Source: Lytechinus pictus (Eukaryota). Taken from it: DNA of 64,000 nucleotides. Shown here piece by piece: positions 1 through 13,716 of this stretch (the stretch's first letter is position 1; the number at the start of each line of letters is the position of its first letter). Position numbers and translations under genes: made by a program. The notes beneath the pieces are model-generated. The model was not told the origin of the DNA and made no database searches. It worked only from the letters and a program-made list of their open reading frames with translations. The stretch is from assembly GCF_037042905.1 (NCBI RefSeq), contig NC_087256.1:24366001-24430000 (forward strand), in the 5' to 3' direction.

Positions 1-292
1 TCTCGGATCATGTTATTTTGGGTGCGTTCCTGCCATAACGAATGAATGAATTATCTGAAAAATATATATCACAGTAAAAAAAAATAATAAAGAAATTAAT
101 AAATTGATTTATTAATTTTCAAACAAATCAGAATTTTTCAAAAATAATCATTAAAACTGTCGTTTAACAACTGAAATGAAATCTTTAAAACATTATACGG
201 AAAAATATGAACAGAGAAACTATTAAATCAATCACCCGAAAATGTATAAATAATAAAGACACACCAGGAAATATTCATAAAAGATTACTTAC

Positions 293-1108
293 TTCGAGGA
301 GCTACGATCCACGTTGTCCACCCGATATCTTCAAAATTGACTTCATACTGTTCCAGCTGACATTTGGTCCTCCCGGGTCTCCCCGAAGCTCGATTCTCGG
401 CCCTCCGTTTCCTCCTTAAAGCCTTATGCTCCCTACCCACTCCGCTGTTATCAGTTCTTGAGTTTTCCTCTACCGCGGCGGCTACTTCCAACCGCCTCTC
501 TAATTCTATGCTGTTTTGTAACCGCGTCTCTAATCTGTTTGACGCGGTAAAATCTGAATGTGTTGCGAGTCTGTTCATGGATGACCTCCGGGGTGCCACC
601 ACACCTTCTGTCCCAAGAGGCATTGCAATGTCCCGCCTCTGTATCATATTGTCATTAAGATACAACACCAAAAGGGGCTGCTTTTCCGGCCTGTTATCGG
701 CGGGAAATTTAATAAACCGCACCATTCTTTTAATGAGTGCGCTTCGCGCTCTGACTTTGACTTCGAATGTTCTCGTCATGACACTCGTGTTGTCACTAGT
801 TAGTCTTACACTTTGTGCTTTGTTTAAGAACGCCGATGTGACGTTAAATTGTAATAATCCTGAATATGACAAATGGATTATTCTCTGATCAACAAGGGTC
901 TTTCGTCTCCTCACGTCACCTTTCCTCTCTAATCTGTACACGTGGTAGACTTCAATAATGGCTCGTTTGTCTTCTGATGGTATAGGTTCCCAAGACGATG
1001 TTCTTGATTGGCGTTTGTAAAGAACTATCTCAGCAGACACGATGGTTTCACGATCCAATATCCCTCTGATTTCAAACTCGAACGTCTTGCGACCCGATGA
1101 ACGAGATC
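293..1108 (-). CDS. BMP-subfamily TGF-beta ligand, coding exon 2: prodomain, furin site and start of mature domain (gene continues left of the window)
   Basis: Polypyrimidine+CAG acceptor (AG at 1110-1109). The phase-1 join gives G|GA Gly. Contains SAEIVLYK, FNVTSA and QPLLVLY prodomain motifs, the furin site RRKRR (416-402) and CQLEQYEVNFEDIGWTTWIVAPR, the first Cys and W-x-x-W of the TGF-beta domain. GTAAGT donor at 292. Confidence 0.92.
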
Positions 1109-3314
1109 CTGTCAGAAAAAGAAATAGAAATACTGTCAAGAATTTTCGAAGTACCACATGACCAAGTTGTCTAAAGCTGTGAATGGGGGATTCAACCCAG
1201 GACTGAAACGAGGTCAAAATACAACCCAAGAATTGTAAAGTGTGAAATCTCTCCAATCTAGGCCTACCTTTAATTTATCATCACTTTGGGTTTCCCAATT
1301 ATTACATGTTGGGACTAATTATTAAAGCAAGTTGGTAGACTTTAGAGTAGGAAAATAGAGGTCCAAAGAGTTCAAAGAGCAGGACAAAAAATAGAATGCT
1401 TAAGTTTTGTAATGTATCTGTCTTTCGAAGTAACTTTCTTAATTGACGGTATTAGTATTAACGCATTGGCTACGAATTGTTTACTTTCAGTCGACTTTTA
1501 ACAGGAAACACCTGGTTTCGGTAGACAGCGCGGGTTAAGTTAAACCTTAGAACATCATCTCTAAGGTATAACTATGATAATCCCCAGGGTACAAGAGAGG
1601 AGTCTACTTTATGTTGTTCGGATGACACTGAATTAGTAGTTAGTGTCCGAAGTATTATCAGGTGCCCATAGTCCCCATACCTTCCCTGACCGAAAGCTCT
1701 GTTCAAGGACTCTCTCTCTCTCTCTCCAGATGAAGATTTGGTACTTCGTGTGGTCCACACTTCCACAATGGAGTCCTGAAATCCAGACCAGGACCCGTAA
1801 CAAAAAAGGTTAGCGATTAATCGGCTAAATGAAATGGCCTGTCAGGGCCATCGTTGCATCCGCATTTTGCTCAGTAGACTGACTAGGAACCAATCAGGAT
1901 TGTTCTTTCAATAGTCATTAACCATTGTGTTACGGGGTAGAGCAAACACTCCAGCATTGAACGACTCTAACTAGAACAGGACCTCGTTACCCTGGCCTAT
2001 TACACAAAGGCTTGCGATGGATTCCAAATAATTTTGAAATAAAGATTCTGATTGGTTCGTGACCGGTTGTTGGTGAATATTGGCCATCGTCATGTAGGAA
2101 TTGATTGATTTCAACCTCTTTGAGCCAAGGTCAAGTTGTCCAAGAAAGGATACTTTACCGAATTTCTTGACCCACTTTGCCGGTGATCTAACCTTCCACC
2201 CCGTTCTTGTTTGGATTGTCTCTTATCTGTTATTCTCACCATTGTTATGTCGGTATATTCTGAAGGTATGTCATTATCTTTAGACCTTATGCATTGACGT
2301 CTTCACGAAGCCATCTTTAAGGATGAAGCCGTTGCCTTGCATGCCTTTGTGATATGCAGCTGGCGCATCTCTGACAACTCCGTTCACACGTATTACTATA
2401 TACTCTGCGGGAGGGCGCAATAAGATCGTGACTTCCTATGCATAAGGTCTATTGTTCCTAATTGCGTCTGCAAGGTGCGCTGTCTTCGTGTTTAAGAGTT
2501 ATGAAAATCCCACTGGAATAATAGCGTTTATTACGGTTCAGCTAAATGTCACCAATTCACAGCTTAGTTCTTTAAGAGAATGACTTAAATCTGCATGCCA
2601 CATGGCATTGAAGAATTGGTTCAATAAACAAATGCAATCGTTTGACGGTTTGACGCTTAATCGCAGATAGCATGACATAATTAGAACTGCCCATGCGGAA
2701 TGTACACGGAGATTTCATTGACCACATTGACAATTTTTTTGGGAAACCCGTCACAGAGCCTAAACAAAACTAACCTTCACCTTCTCTTAAAAGTACTAAT
2801 ATGATCTGTATTGCGTAGTATAAACATGAATTCTATGAAACATCGAACAAAAAATCTTAAAATTTCGGTTAAAATTTGAAATTTGAAGAAAAGGTAGAAA
2901 CACAAACAGTAAGAAAATGATAAACTTTTAAAAAAAGGTCACGAAATTCTTCATTTTAATACTTAAAAGTACAAGTAGATTCCCTCTTCCAAAACGCAAA
3001 CACGATTAATTCCAGGAACATTGTATCAGATTCTTGAAATTACTTTGGCTTAATAATATCATGTCATTGGCCATTTCGTGTACAGCAGTATAGACCGGCT
3101 AGGCCGGATTGTCTCGTATGGGTTCTTACTCCAAAGCGATTCAATCATCTGTGGTCTCGGTTTTTTCCTTTTGGACCCTGGGATTTCATGGTTGGGTTTA
3201 GCTGTATTACCTATAGTACAATAGCATGCATGATCTCAGGTCCAAAAGCTGACATTCTGTATGCCATATAGACCCTTGTGGATACCCATATTCCATCGCG
3301 CTCTCGAGTTCATA

Positions 3315-3556
3315 CACTGCAAAAACTCTGGTGTTAATTTAACCCCAGCCCGGAATCTATATATGTCCACACCAGAGAAGTGTTAAACAACACCAGATTC
3401 ATTTTGGTCTAACACTAGATGGGTGTTTATACAACACCAATTAGTATTAAAACAGCATCGGTTTGATTCCAAACTGTTGTTGTTTCAATACTTCTCTGGT
3501 GTGGACATATATAGATTCCGGGCTGGTGTTAAATCAACGCCGGAGTTTTTGCAGTG
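3315..3556. mobile_element. TA-TSD palindromic MITE (Tc1/mariner-like)
   Basis: TA|CACTGCAAAAACTC...GAGTTTTTGCAGTG|TA with long inverted arms. Confidence 0.88.
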
Positions 3557-4671
3557 TATCACCTGATGCATTGAACTACTGGTGTGTACTGTGTTATCGA
3601 TCTTTTTATGGCACTGGGATAATGGTTATAATTAAAGAGAGCTTGACCAAGACCCTACTCATCAAGGGATTTTCCATAGATGTCGTAACTTGATTTGAAT
3701 ATAGCGAGTTTTCGAAATTACAAAGGGGGTGGATTCCACAACATAGTAAATCTACTGAAAATGTCCGTCAAATCGCAATGAACAGTGTAGAGTTCTTTGT
3801 CGAATATTGGTGAACTCGGAGAGCTGATCGTCGTAAAATTCGGAGCTGACGAAAAAACAATTACAAACATGACGTTTGTTCAGAGTCCAGGACGACACTG
3901 CTGTTTTGAATCACCTAGCTTCGCCAAAGGCTTCTTTGTCATGAAGGGCTTTTGGCAGATTCTCAAAGCTCCAAAAAGCGTCTACGTAGTGGTTGCGGAA
4001 ACTACCTCTAAAGGCTTCGCGGACAGTGAGCGTTTACGTAATGCAACGCCACGCAACGCATCAGTAACAATATGACCACCGGTCGCGTATGTCAGTAATC
4101 ATAGTACAGATTGAATAATCTTACCTTACACGTAGACGGATTCACATGGAATTAGACGCTATTATTCCATTATACTGCTATAGTCGAAACTGAGATTTGG
4201 GAACTATATTTAGAGCGAGTTAAGCATTCACTTAATATGATAACTTGATGTATAATGGAAGAAAGATACCAAATAAATTAATTCCGAAAGCTTTGGAGGT
4301 CATGGTTCGTGAACAGTGTCATTAGAATCAGCTCACTGGCTTGAACTCCATTAAAGTCCTAAGCTGGACCCGCTGGAGCTTGTACTTTTATTTGCATCCG
4401 TGTAATAGATGGGTTTTTAGTTCTTCGTACTTCGACCCGATGGTAAAATTTCACTTTCTTAGTGATAAGGAAAGAAGGTCTCTAGATAATAAATCTTGGA
4501 TGGAGTGACAGATGTTTTGGATAGTTTTTGTTCCAGCACCTTCATGAATTAAAAAGAAATCCCGAGAAACGAGCATGATCTTCAGTAGAAGACGCTATCA
4601 ACAACACTTATTTACTGAGCAATGCTGTTGTGATTCATTTTTTTTAATCCCATGCGTCTAAATGTATCGGA

Positions 4672-4705
4672 GGATCGGATCGGATCGGATCGGATCGGAT
4701 CGGAT
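4672..4705. repeat. (CGGAT)n microsatellite
   Basis: Read directly. Confidence 0.9.
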
Positions 4706-6477
4706 TTCAGAATACAGAAATAATCCTGCCCGAAAGACACGATTTGTCACTTTTCTTGTACAAGGTGAACCTGAAGGTCTCACAATGGCTTAAGTGAAAC
4801 TTAAAAGGGAAAGTTGATAAGGTTTAATCTATTATGTTTCAAAGTGTTTTTCAGAGCAGAAGTAATGGGTTCCATGATGGCAGTATCCTTGGTTATGATC
4901 AAGTAAATTAGTTGCAAGCTTGTGTTTTATAGGGCTTAATGTGTTGTTTTCGTGTAAAAAAGGTTGTTGATCTTTCAGGGTCCAGTAACTCAAAGAATAT
5001 CAATTACTCGTAGGCTTGATTTGTACGATCAATTGTACATTGTAGTCAATGCAATCAATCGTAAAAGAATCTTGTACGATGATTGCTAAGCTTTAAGGTT
5101 CTGGGCCCTGGTCCTTGAGGGGGATTTTCATCATGTTCCTGGATAGTCTATACATCGGGGAGACTTGTTTTCTACCAATCTTAACAATATATATAGCTTT
5201 TTGATAAGCGCAACGGGATAATTAAGAGCGCGAATTGGGCTACTTAGCAAACTGGTTTATTGTTATTTACGAAAGCTGGATATAACCTAAGCGTTTCATC
5301 CGCTTCCATTTACTTTCAAGCATGAAAAAGTCGAGGAAACCCAGTATATGTACCGACTTTCGAATTTAATACCCGACCTTGTCCATACAATTTTATAATC
5401 TCAACCGATATTTGTTAGATGACGATTTTTCGACACAGCTACCAAATCTTGCTATACCAAGAACGAAATGGATTCCAATTAAATTATGAAATCTAAAAGA
5501 GATTGGATTTCGGTGAACTTTCAACAAAATTCCAAACATGAGCGCTTAATCAACGAATGAAGGAATAATGATAGGAGAAATCAATTTTCAAGTGGAATTA
5601 ATTTCTGTTGACTGAAGGAAGCATAATCAGTGTCCACTTTCTCGCCAATTACCATCTCGGTCGAAAGTGTGACAGTTATGGCTAAACATAATTGTGTCAT
5701 AGAAACCATGGTTTCTAACCAGGATAATATATTTTGTATAAACAAAATTCGACGCCTTGCTCCTCTGTTCAGTCAACGAGACGTCAAGTTCATAAGGAAA
5801 TGTGAATTCATGTGCCTTTTTAAAGTGATTGATTTAAAAGAAATCACAGCGAAGTCAACTGGGAGCACTGTGAAAAGGCTAAATCCTGGAGTAAAATTCA
5901 CAGTTTTTTTTGTACAAAAAGCGGTATGGACGCTCTGTCGATGACAAACAAATTTCAGGTTTCCTTTGCGGTACCGAACTGCCTTTATTCTGGAAGATCA
6001 GAGTCACTCAAGCCCATTTAGCAAGTAACTGAGAGGGATAATACTTGATTATAGGGTAAATGACATCTTAATGATCTTATTCTTTCTGGTTATGTATCTC
6101 TGGGGGGTTACTCACAACAAATTTACAACGAAAAACCCTGTTGACACTTTTTAGCAGAAGTCAATAAACATCTCTTTTTTTTTAGTCTCACACGCGTACG
6201 AATCGATGTTTTGACTACAATATTCATTTAATGGTTATCGAATTTCAATTAAACTGCATGTACAATAGTTCAACTATTACAGAATAGTAGAAAAATCATT
6301 TCACTTTATAAAATTCATGATAAGGCACTGTTGGGATTCAGTGGTAATTAAAAACGAAATGTTTAGGCTTTTAATATACATGAATATTAATTAGACATAT
6401 TTTCAACAAGTTCAATTACTCTTTAATATTGTCAGCTTTCGAAAGGAAAGCCAAAAAAAGAAAGAATGCCAAATTAA

Positions 6478-6549
6478 CCCATTAACTACTGAATTATGTT
6501 ATTCCCATAGGCTTTGTACAGAAACCAAAAGGTTGCAGTAGTCAACGGG
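6478..6549. mobile_element. 72-bp piggyBac-like mini element
   Basis: TTAA|CCCATTAACTACTG...CAGTAGTCAACGGG|TTAA. Confidence 0.75.
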
Positions 6550-8094
6550 TTAAATAGTAAATTCCTTGAAAATGACAACATTCTTATACTTAAATAGATC
6601 GAGCTCTTTCTTGGTACTTAAGTTGGTAAGTGTTCTTTACAGTCCTTATCTTCCCTCATGCTTCCATTTCTTCAAAGAAATAAATACCCTCAGAGAGTTC
6701 AGGCATTTCCTCCGATTGCTTTATTATGTGCTTACAGCAATAGATACATTGTGACTCTTTCAGTAATTGCAAGGACGGCTTTGTATTTTACAATAAAATA
6801 TAGATAATTCCATTCATAAGTATGTTAACAGTGAAGTAGGGCAACAACCTTATCATTTGATATGGCATGTCTTTGCAGCAGAATATTCACGCTTTTGTGC
6901 CACCATTGAAACTATCAGCAGCCAAAAAAATCGCAACTTTTAAAATGAAATTGCTTTCGATCTGAATTTTAGAGAAAAGCTGGCGAATGACCTTTAAATT
7001 TTGCAATTGTTGCGATACAAAAGCTGAAATATTAATATCAAACTTTGATAGAGTGCTCTTGAAATTATCCATGATTGGTATGGTTTTGATGATGTTGTGT
7101 GGTATAAGCATATCGTGTGAGTAATTAACCGTGAACTATACCATTATCTCACATCAGATAAAACTAATTGATACAAAACGATTAATGGTCTTGCTCTTTC
7201 AGAACCAGGATCGTAACGTGTCAGGAACCATCACAGCTATCATCCACAACCTCAAGGTTGACCCCAAGAGTTCATAAACAACCTCTTTTTCAATCGTTCT
7301 AACCAGCGCGATCAAATGAATCAATTATTATCCCAAAAAGCATATCAATTGGTGTAAGATTTTATCTGGGGTTGGCGCTCAATGGGTAGAGTCCTAATTT
7401 GATTTTATCGTATGTTCCTTTTCTGTCGCAGCAATTTTCAATCTTGGTATATCTTGCTAATGGCTATCATTAGCGAAATTGACCCTAACAAGAGATCTAC
7501 TAAAAACTTTAGGTGGGGATTTTCACGTTTCACCATTTCATGAATAACGTGCAAATATTTCACACACCTACAATGTGTTCTCGACTGGAATTTAGTGGAA
7601 TTTAGTATTTCCTTAATATCAAAAATATTTTGTTGCTACCGTTTCTATTTTAGGGATAGAATATGCATTGTAGTTTCAAGGAGTTTGACTATGCCAAAAC
7701 AACTAGGAATTCACTTACGAAAACTTTACAAAGACGTATTGCACTGTATACAACTGTTTAAATGAAATGTAAATTCAACTCATTGGTTAGATAAGTGGTT
7801 AGCCAGTGGTTGATTAGTTGATTCGTTTGGAATATGTCACCTGTACTAAAGTAGTTTGGTGGATTGCCATGTTGTTTCATTGATTAGTTGGCTGGTTCCA
7901 TCTTTCGATCTTGATAATGAGGGTCGGATATCTTAAATAATAGTCACATGATCTGTTAGGTGATTGGTTGGAAGGTTGGTTTGGGAGATCATATAAATGG
8001 TCAGATGGTATGCTGACCGCTTTATTAATTAATTTGTTGGTAGGATAGTTGGCTGGGTGACATGTTAGATGATTGGTTGGATTGTCCGATGGGT

Positions 8095-8680
8095 GGACGG
8101 ATGGTCAGTTGGTTTCGTGATTGGGTTGCTGGTTGGTTATGGTTAGATGAATAGTTAAGATAGATGTTTGGATGGTAGATAAACGGATAGTCAGTTGGTT
8201 TCGTGGTTGGGTTGCTGGTTGGTTATGGTTCAATGAATAGTCATGTTTGGATGGTAGATAGACAGATGGTCAGTTGGTTTCGTGGTTGGGTTGCTGGTTG
8301 GTTATGGTTAGATGAATGGTTAAGATGGATGTTTGGATGGTAGATAAACGGATAGTCAGTTGGTTTCGTGGTTGGGTTGCTGATTGGTTATGGTTATATG
8401 AATAGTCATGTTTGGATGGTAGATAGACAGATGGTCAGTTGGTTTCGTGGCTGGGTTGCTGGTTGGTTATGGTTGTATGAATAATTAAGATAGATGTTTG
8501 GATGGTAGATAGACGGATAGTCAGTTGGTTTCGTGGTTGGGTTGCTGGTTGGTTATGGTTGTATGAATAATTAAGATAGATGTTTGGATGGTAGATAGAC
8601 GGATTGTCAGTTGGTTTAGTGGTTGCTGATTGGTTTTGTGGTTAGGTGAATATTTAAGTTAGATGGCTGGATGACAGAGA
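8095..8680. repeat. 86/79-bp minisatellite within a (TTGG)-rich low-complexity tract (~7780-9310)
   Basis: GTCAGTTGGTTT recurs at 8104, 8190, 8269, 8355, 8434, 8520 and 8606. Confidence 0.9.
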
Positions 8681-10177
8681 TGACAGAGTTTTTTTAATGG
8701 TCGGTTGGTTTCATGAATTTGTTGGTGAATAGTTACATGGTTGATTGGTAGGGTTGCTGGTTGAACGGTAGGGCTATTGGTACGTTCGCATATTCGTTGG
8801 ATGATTCGATATGTAGAGTCGGTTGGTTGGTTGGTTCCATCCTTCGTTGGTTGGTTTGGTTGATTGGGTTAGGGGTTGGATCGGTGGTTTCGTGACAGGT
8901 TGGTTGCATGATTGTTTTGACAAATAGTTACATGTTTGATCAGTAGGATTGTTGGTTGGATTACTAGTTCGTAGTGTTATCCGTTCGTTTAATGGATGGT
9001 TGATTGTTTTGGAAGGTTGGTTGGTTGGTTCGTTGGTCGGTCGGTCGGTCGGTGGTTCGTTGGTTGGTTGGTCGGTTGGTTGACTAAATCAGTGACTGGG
9101 TGAATGCAGGGTTGAATTATTACTTCGTTTGTTACTTGGATAGGTTGGATGCTGATAAGTTTGTTGGTTCGATTGTCGGACGCTTCGTTATATGGTTGGT
9201 TGATTGGATGGTTTGGGGATGTTTGGATGAATATTGTATGATTTGCTGGCTGGTTTGTCAGTAAGTTTTATTGACAGGATACATTTGACTTGTTAGATGA
9301 TTGGTTGATTTATATGAAGGATAAATTTTTCTGTAGTATAAATTTGAGGGTATTTTGGCAATGCCAATTACGAATTATTCAAAAAAGCCTTTCTGCAACC
9401 TTGAAATGTCTTTGGAAATATCAATAAAAAGATACTCTCTTTTTATCCTTCGTTGGCAATCTTGAATGACCAGAACGTCGAAAAAACATGGATCCAAATT
9501 ATTGCAACTTAACAAATCAAATGCAGATTAACTTTGACCTGATAGAGAAGCAATGAAATTAATAAGCGATGCAACAGACCCACATTCTATTAATCTGGAG
9601 TAACAAGTTTTAATCAATTAGAATTTCATTTCTGAACATCGCCCATGTTAGCCAAACGTCACTCAAATGCAAACAGCATACCATCCAGGCTTAGCTTTAT
9701 CGAACCAAGAACATAAAAAGAAAAAGTCTTCCAAGTTTTCGAATAAAGTAAGAAAACCCGTTTGTTTTAATAATTCTCTTAGACCGTTTTGAGAGGGAAG
9801 GAATGGGATTTTGAAGCAGAGAGCAAACATAGCGGAGACGTGCCGTATGACAGCTCAGTACAAGCTCGGCGCCAGGTTTGACATAGGCAACATTTATCTC
9901 AGACTCTGGTCTTATGTCTCTCGTTTAAGAAATGCCATCATCATATTGGGAATAACAGACCAAGGTAAAACCGGAACAAAGTAGGGGGCTAAAAACGGCA
10001 TGAAAATTTTACGAAAGTAGATTGATTCTAAGACGATGCTATTTAGAAACCCTATTCAGAACGGGCTTCTATTGTATTTTATTAGTCATTTTACTCGTCT
10101 TCAGTAGATAGAGATGTATTGATAATATTACCATTTACAACTTTAAGTTCATGTATTTGCTTATTGTATTTGCTTAG

Positions 10178-10500
10178 GGAGGCAGCGTAGCTCAGTCGGT
10201 TAGAGCGCATGTTTCGGATAAGATCGTAGATCTCAACGTGAGGGGTTCGAATCCCGCAAAACGCGTCTAACAAAAAATCTGATGCTATAGCGTTGTGTGT
10301 AAGCGTGCCTCACCACTGTATTCAGTGCAGGTGTGAATGCAGTTGGAAAAGACTCCGTTTATCGGAAAGGACGCAAATGTTGGTCCCGTGTATAGGAGAG
10401 TCACACCCTATGCACGTTAAAACCAATACACTATTCGTCAGAGAGTAGGGTGTTCACCCGGTGTATTGCACCTGCCGGTCCCCGGTACTACAATACTGCA
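10178..10500 (+). mobile_element. tRNA-derived SINE with Deu/Nin-type central domain
   Basis: A box TAGCTCAGTCGG, B box GGTTCGAATCCC; body ...GGACGCAAATGTTGGTCCC...GCACGTTAAAACC...CACTATTCG..AGAGTAGGG. Confidence 0.8.
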
Positions 10501-13500
10501 AGAAATTTCAGGATTGAAGGAGGCAGTCAGTGTAGCTTGAAACCTTATTGATTTCTATTTCCGATTTGCATTTTGAAAATCTAAAGAAATCAAATCAAAT
10601 TGATTTCACATTTACTATGAAACAAGTTGATATCAAACACATCATCGGTGAAACTGTTAGAATTACACGCGTTCCTGTTAGAACTGTTAGAATTACAAAT
10701 GTTATCATGAGATGCGCGATTGTTGAGGCTATCATTTAATCGCATAAGCTGCTCTGCTTCTGCAACACGACAATGCATCCCCTAAAACATGAAAAATATC
10801 ATCAAGAAATTCTAAGCTGGGAGCATCTACGTATACATTACGTAAAGTCCAAAGAAAAGAGTATTACTGTTTCTTGATGATACATAACTATGCGAATCCA
10901 TTTAAAGCATATGATAAATCTAAAGTAGAAAATTACTTTGAATTATATTTCCTTAAAAGTTCGTAAATTACCCTAAATGTTATCAATCATCTAAACCTCC
11001 TATTCCTACATTTTTCAATTTCTTTTCGTCAAGTGAAATCACATCCCTCCCTTTTTCAAATTCTTAAACAAAGAGAGATACATGAGTTACATCTTAAAAA
11101 GATAAGTGATACATTTTTTTCAATTTACTTCATTTAGTTTGGAATGTTAATATAAAGCTACCTTTATATCACAGAAGAAAAATATCAATCATGAAAAACT
11201 GGCCCAACCATCGATCTTCCCAAACGACATTTTTGGGATACTCTACCTTTCCAAAATCTATTATCTGGATAAACCTAGTCGATAGAGTGATATATTCTTA
11301 CCGAAATCACATGAATATAAGGTCTCCTTTTCATTACAGATTCGAGGTAAGCGTAAAAACGGAGAGACCCAAAAAGATCACCCTTTTGAAATGAAAAAGG
11401 GACAAGAAAAGAGAAGACGCACATTAACGACGGTATGAATGGGGTCACTTTCTCCGATAAATCCTTTTTTCATAAATGATAGGGAAAATACTGAGGGAAG
11501 GGTTGTATTTCAATAACCGAATCAATCTGTCAGAATATTCTTCTTTAATCTCTTCTATATACACACACTATCGAATATATCAGACTTACATTACCTTGGT
11601 AATTACAGTTATGAGAGTTGGTCTGAATAGATCCTCTTCACTGGGGTATTATGTTATAATCATGAACCATATTCTGTAGTTTATAGCCCTTTCCTTGTAT
11701 TCATTTAATGTCGCTCTCTCTTTCTCAAACGCAAATACACACACCCACACACCATTTTAGCACATACGAACTTGATTTCTTTCTCCAGTATAGCAAGGGG
11801 TACTTCCGGCGCAACGAATAAAACCATTCAAGAGATTCAATTATTGTCCTACCACTTTGTATTTTCGATGATACATCAACTTTCTTTTATCTTATAGGTT
11901 GGTGTTTTAATAAGCACTTTTAACGCTTAATTCCATCGCGTTGCATGGATGTAGTTTACAAACTCAGACGAATGTGTTCGAATGAGTGCGCGAGCAGCAG
12001 AAAGTAACGTCGGCATGTATAGGTTGACTTTGATACCAGTTTTGACCTACAATTCGCATCCCAACAACATACACACACACACTTTTTAACCGCTTTCTCC
12101 CATATCCTTTGCCCATTGTGTGCACACGGTGGTGACAGCATCCTCGTGCTTTAAGGCGCCTTGTTGAATGACGTCTAAAGGAAGACTTTGCTCGCTTTTA
12201 ACATATCCAGAACAGCTTTAAATACACTTGTTGACAGGGAACGGAGACACGGCTCTTCCTTCAGATGTAAAAGCGGTGTAAAGCAAGAGGAGGAGAGAGG
12301 GAGGTGGCAATAGGAATATAAACAAAATGAAAGAAAGTGAGATGGGTACGAGAGTATGGAAGATAGATTTAAAATATGAAAGGAGAAGAAGGTTAATGAA
12401 GAGAAAACTGCTGTTCACAAGGAGAGGCATGCAGGAAGAGAATGGGAAGGAAACGTATTTTACGTGTAGATGATGAAGAAAGCTAAGATCGAGATAGAGT
12501 AAAAGGGAAGAGAAGAGAAGTTTGTTTTGAGAAGGGGTTAGGGCACGATTTGGGTCAATTACAAAGAGTAAAATATTTTCAGAGAATCCAGGGTTGGGTT
12601 TCCTGGTTTAGACCCGCGGGATCCACGGTCTGCTACCTCCACAGGAATAATGGGAATGCAAGAATTTCCTTTCTTTTTACTTAACTTTAATTCAGTCCCA
12701 CCCCTCCCCTCCACAACTCCCTGCTTCCTTAACCGCCCAATAAACCCTCTCCCTCCCATATACACACACACACACACACACTCATTCCTCATCACTCTTT
12801 TAACTATTATGTAAGCATGTTGTGTACAACCTTATCAACTTGTATCAACAACTCTCTCTTTTTATTTCGTTTTAAATCATCTTGTAAGAATAAACACACG
12901 CACACGCACACCTTTTTTGATCTCCCTCTACGCACACTCACAAACACAGCACACACCCACGCACAAAGTTAAAATGACATTTTGACATGCTGCCCCTCTC
13001 CTTCCCTTTCTCTCTTTTCTTCTCTCACTATTTCTCCATCTCTCCTTCCAACTCTTCCATTCATTTCCATTTTCTCGCTTTCACTCTCCGCCTTCTCTGT
13101 CTCGTGACCTACATGGAAACCCAAAGAAGAAAGAGACTGAGAAAAAGAAAGTTTCAGGTCTTCGGAAGACACGTTGTAGCACTTAACAATACCATCGGGA
13201 TTACTTGCCTTTACTTGTCAGTGATATGACAGGATTCGTTCTACACAATCCTGTTTTCATTACTAGTCTTTGTTTATCGATATGGTTGTCTGTGTCCTCC
13301 TATAGAAACAATATACTGGTTGTTATGACGTTTTCCCCGTCATACCACATCATACGGTATTCTCCATCACAACAATCCTCCTTAGCCATCGTTTTCAATT
13401 CAACGGCTATAATTCCCCTTTTCGGTCATGATAATTCTGATAGCCTTTTTCTCAATTCCCGTTAAAAGGGGATTCAAATCTGACGTTAAGATGGTTTTTA

Positions 13501-13654
13501 ATACAAGTGCAAAATTACACATACCTAACAATTCAAAGTTTTGACAATCAAGCAAATGATAATTAAGTTATTATTGTACTCAAATTTTCGATCTTGCGAG
13601 TTAGCATCTGATGGAGTGTGATTTTCGATGTCGTACGCTTCATCAGCACTTTAT

Positions 13655-13656
<2 letters not shown>

Positions 13657-13709
<53 letters not shown>

Positions 13710-13716
13710 CATACAT
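13657..13716. repeat. (TA)n/(TACA)n microsatellite
   Basis: Read directly. Confidence 0.95.

Noticed and set aside
364-888. 174-aa plus-strand ORF
   Set aside because: Antisense shadow of the TGF-beta exon 2.
1109-1256. N-terminal 49 aa of ORF 285..1256
   Set aside because: Intronic read-through upstream of the acceptor; the ORF start is not an ATG.
2100-4100. Possible extra exons or nested gene on the minus strand
   Set aside because: Short open stretches with no recognisable motif; exons 1 and 2 of the ligand already join in phase.
10178-10270. tRNA genes (also 35616, 51262, 63594)
   Set aside because: A/B boxes are present, but acceptor stems do not pair properly and SINE bodies follow.
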